From assembly GCA_028692545.1 (NCBI GenBank), contig JAQUXC010000001.1:1365-65364 (forward strand): a DNA stretch of 64,000 nt, given 5' to 3'. The notes under the pieces are model-generated. The model saw nothing but the letters and a program-made list of their open reading frames with translations, had not been told where the DNA came from and did not search any database. Made by a program: the position numbers and the translations under genes. The DNA comes from Patescibacteria group bacterium. GTDB taxonomy: Bacteria; Patescibacteriota; Patescibacteriia; UBA1558; S5-K13. This document shows positions 62,461 through 64,000 of this stretch, piece by piece (the stretch's first letter is position 1; every line of letters begins with the position of its first letter).

Positions 62461-63111
62461 ATGAACATAAAAGAATTAATTTTAAAAAACATAAACAAAA
62501 ATGGTAAAGTAGCTACATCAGAGATTACTTCAATTACTGGTTTTTCTCGAGCTTATATAAATCGTTTTATTTCTGAACTTGTGAGTGAAAAAAAAATTAT
62601 GCAAATTGGCAAAGCAAATCAAGCACATTATATAAAATATAATAAAAATATCCCAAAAGAAATTAAGAAATTAGAAAAAAATTATAATAAAAATATAATT
62701 GATAAAATTTTGGATATATTTGATATACCACTTATGGGAACTGCTGATTGTGGGGAGCCACTTAGTATCGCAGATGATTATATAGAAGATTATATGCAAT
62801 TATCATCCAAATTTATAAAAGGAAAAAAAGAAGATTATTTTTTTGTGCGTGCAAAGGGAGATAGTATGAATAAGGAAAATATAAAAGATTTAAATTACGT
62901 ACTTATAAAAAAATGTGATAGCTTTTTAGGAAATGGAGAAAATGTATTAGCTGTTATAAATGGACTTGGAACCATAAAAAAGTTTTATAAGAAAAAAGAT
63001 ACAATTGTGTTGTCTCCAAGCTCTAGCAACAAAAAACACAAACCAATATTACTCCATAGAGATGATGAAGTATTTGTTTGTGGTAAAGTAGACCATGTTT
63101 TCGATTTTTAA
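62461..63111 (+). CDS. LexA-like repressor: N-terminal winged-helix plus C-terminal S24 peptidase domain
   Basis: S24 motif RAKGDSMN and downstream VLAVINGLGTIKKF; N-terminal HTH region; start at internal ATG 62461. Confidence 0.65.
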   Translation: MNIKELILKNINKNGKVATSEITSITGFSRAYINRFISELVSEKKIMQIGKANQAHYIKYNKNIPKEIKKLEKNYNKNIIDKILDIFDIPLMGTADCGEPLSIADDYIEDYMQLSSKFIKGKKEDYFFVRAKGDSMNKENIKDLNYVLIKKCDSFLGNGENVLAVINGLGTIKKFYKKKDTIVLSPSSSNKKHKPILLHRDDEVFVCGKVDHVFDF

Positions 63112-63532
63112 ATAATTATTAATCTCTATAAATTAAAAATATAGAGTTAGAAAGGTAAAAACATATAAATAAAGATGAATAAAAAAGACAAATAAATTTA
63201 TTTAATTTAGCCTGAACTTTAATAAATAAAAATATTTGCCTTCTCTTACTTAAGTGAATAATAACAAAAACATGAAAAAAATAAAAGCTTTTTTTAAGAA
63301 AAAAGAATCATATGACAAAAGATTGTATGCACTATTAAAAAACAGGCAAGTTGTTGTAAGGTTTTCATAAAATAAACAAAAAATCCAACATTAAAAAGGT
63401 CGCAAGTTATTCCGGCCTTTTTTGTTTACAAAATTTGTAAACTGTACTAATCTATAAGTCTAAAATAACAAAAAAGGAAATGTCATTCGTAGTCAGTTTG
63501 GATAATCTGACGAAGAATGATAAGGAGGAATT

Positions 63533-64000
63533 ATGAACGATTCCAGTGAGTATTTAGATAGGATCCTTTTGGATGCCTATAGTATTGGTTCCATTATAAG
63601 GTCTCTTGCTGCGCAAATAAAGCTGGACTATAAGGATAGGCAAGATGATTTGATTGTAATTTCTGTGTTGAAGGGTGCTTATTTCTTTACAGCTGATCTT
63701 CAAAGAGCACTTTCTCCAGAGTTGGATCCTGTAGTTGAGTTTATTCAGCTTTCTTCTTATGGAGCTGGAAGTAAGTCATCCGGAGAGTTGAAATTCAAAA
63801 AAGAATTGGAAGATGTAAACATTTCCGGTAAAGATTTGCTTGTTGTAGAGGATATAGTTGATACCGGATTGACTATTTCAAAACTCAGAGAATATCTCTT
63901 AGAGAAGGGGGCGAAGTCTGTGAGAATTTGTGTTTTTCTTGATAAAAGTGAAGCACGTATGGTTGAGGTTAAACTTGACTATGTCGGTTCAAAAATTCCC
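63533..64000 (+). CDS. hpt: Hypoxanthine-guanine phosphoribosyltransferase (3' end beyond window)
   Basis: SD AAGGAGG upstream; PRPP-binding motif LLVVEDIVDTGLT. Confidence 0.75.
   Translation, partial: MNDSSEYLDRILLDAYSIGSIIRSLAAQIKLDYKDRQDDLIVISVLKGAYFFTADLQRALSPELDPVVEFIQLSSYGAGSKSSGELKFKKELEDVNISGKDLLVVEDIVDTGLTISKLREYLLEKGAKSVRICVFLDKSEARMVEVKLDYVGSKIP

Overview
This 64-kb window comes from a very AT-rich bacterial chromosome (background roughly 25-30% GC by eye). It is compact, standard genetic code, and has many small uncharacterised genes, so a reduced-genome lineage such as Patescibacteria/CPR is possible but not provable from sequence alone.

Main content, in order:
- **Origin-proximal region (1-1370).** About 1.3 kb of non-coding DNA carries four ParB-type parS palindromes (TGTTCCACGTGGAACA), one of them split by a GC-rich insert, followed by a cluster of DnaA boxes (TTATCCACA).
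- **Housekeeping genes.** HD hydrolase, Nudix x2, PilT, rplS, trmD, KH protein, HU, lspA, a DksA/TraR zinc finger, tsaC, gpsA, PBP1A, tyrS, Hsp20, VanW-like, PepE, xth, a MATE pump, M29 aminopeptidase, rpsO-pnp, and hpt (truncated at the window end).
- **Stable RNA genes.** Nine tRNAs, all with encoded CCA. The rRNA set is unlinked: 16S (with tRNA-Ile/Phe/Pro) is on the minus strand at 18.2-19.7 kb, while 23S-5S is on the plus strand at 27.7-31.0 kb. They are back-to-back with about 8 kb of protein genes between them.
- **DNA-damage genes.** A pyrimidine-dimer glycosylase, an SplB-like radical-SAM lyase, ExoIII, and a LexA-like S24 repressor with GTTGACAAC palindromes over its own promoter.
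- **Surface and regulatory proteins.** A large secreted protein with a T9SS-type C-terminal sorting domain, a TIMP/NTR-like secreted protein, and an ECF sigma / membrane anti-sigma / Cys-rich secreted trio.
- **Frameshifted gene.** An SPFH/band-7 gene is split by a +1 frameshift.

The most unusual segment is a compositionally distinct, GC-elevated stretch of about 3.4 kb (35.56-38.95 kb). It has a consensus sigma70 promoter, a ~600-nt structured leader, and five consecutive strong-SD ORFs of unknown function. Two hairpins bracketing the first ORF show compensatory base changes. A divergent pair of Zn-ribbon genes sits nearby, preceded by CTCGG-N-CCGAG palindromes.

Several tRNA genes have short duplications of their own 3' ends 100-150 bp downstream, which could be att-site or remnant signatures. 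No CRISPR array, integrase or transposase is visible.
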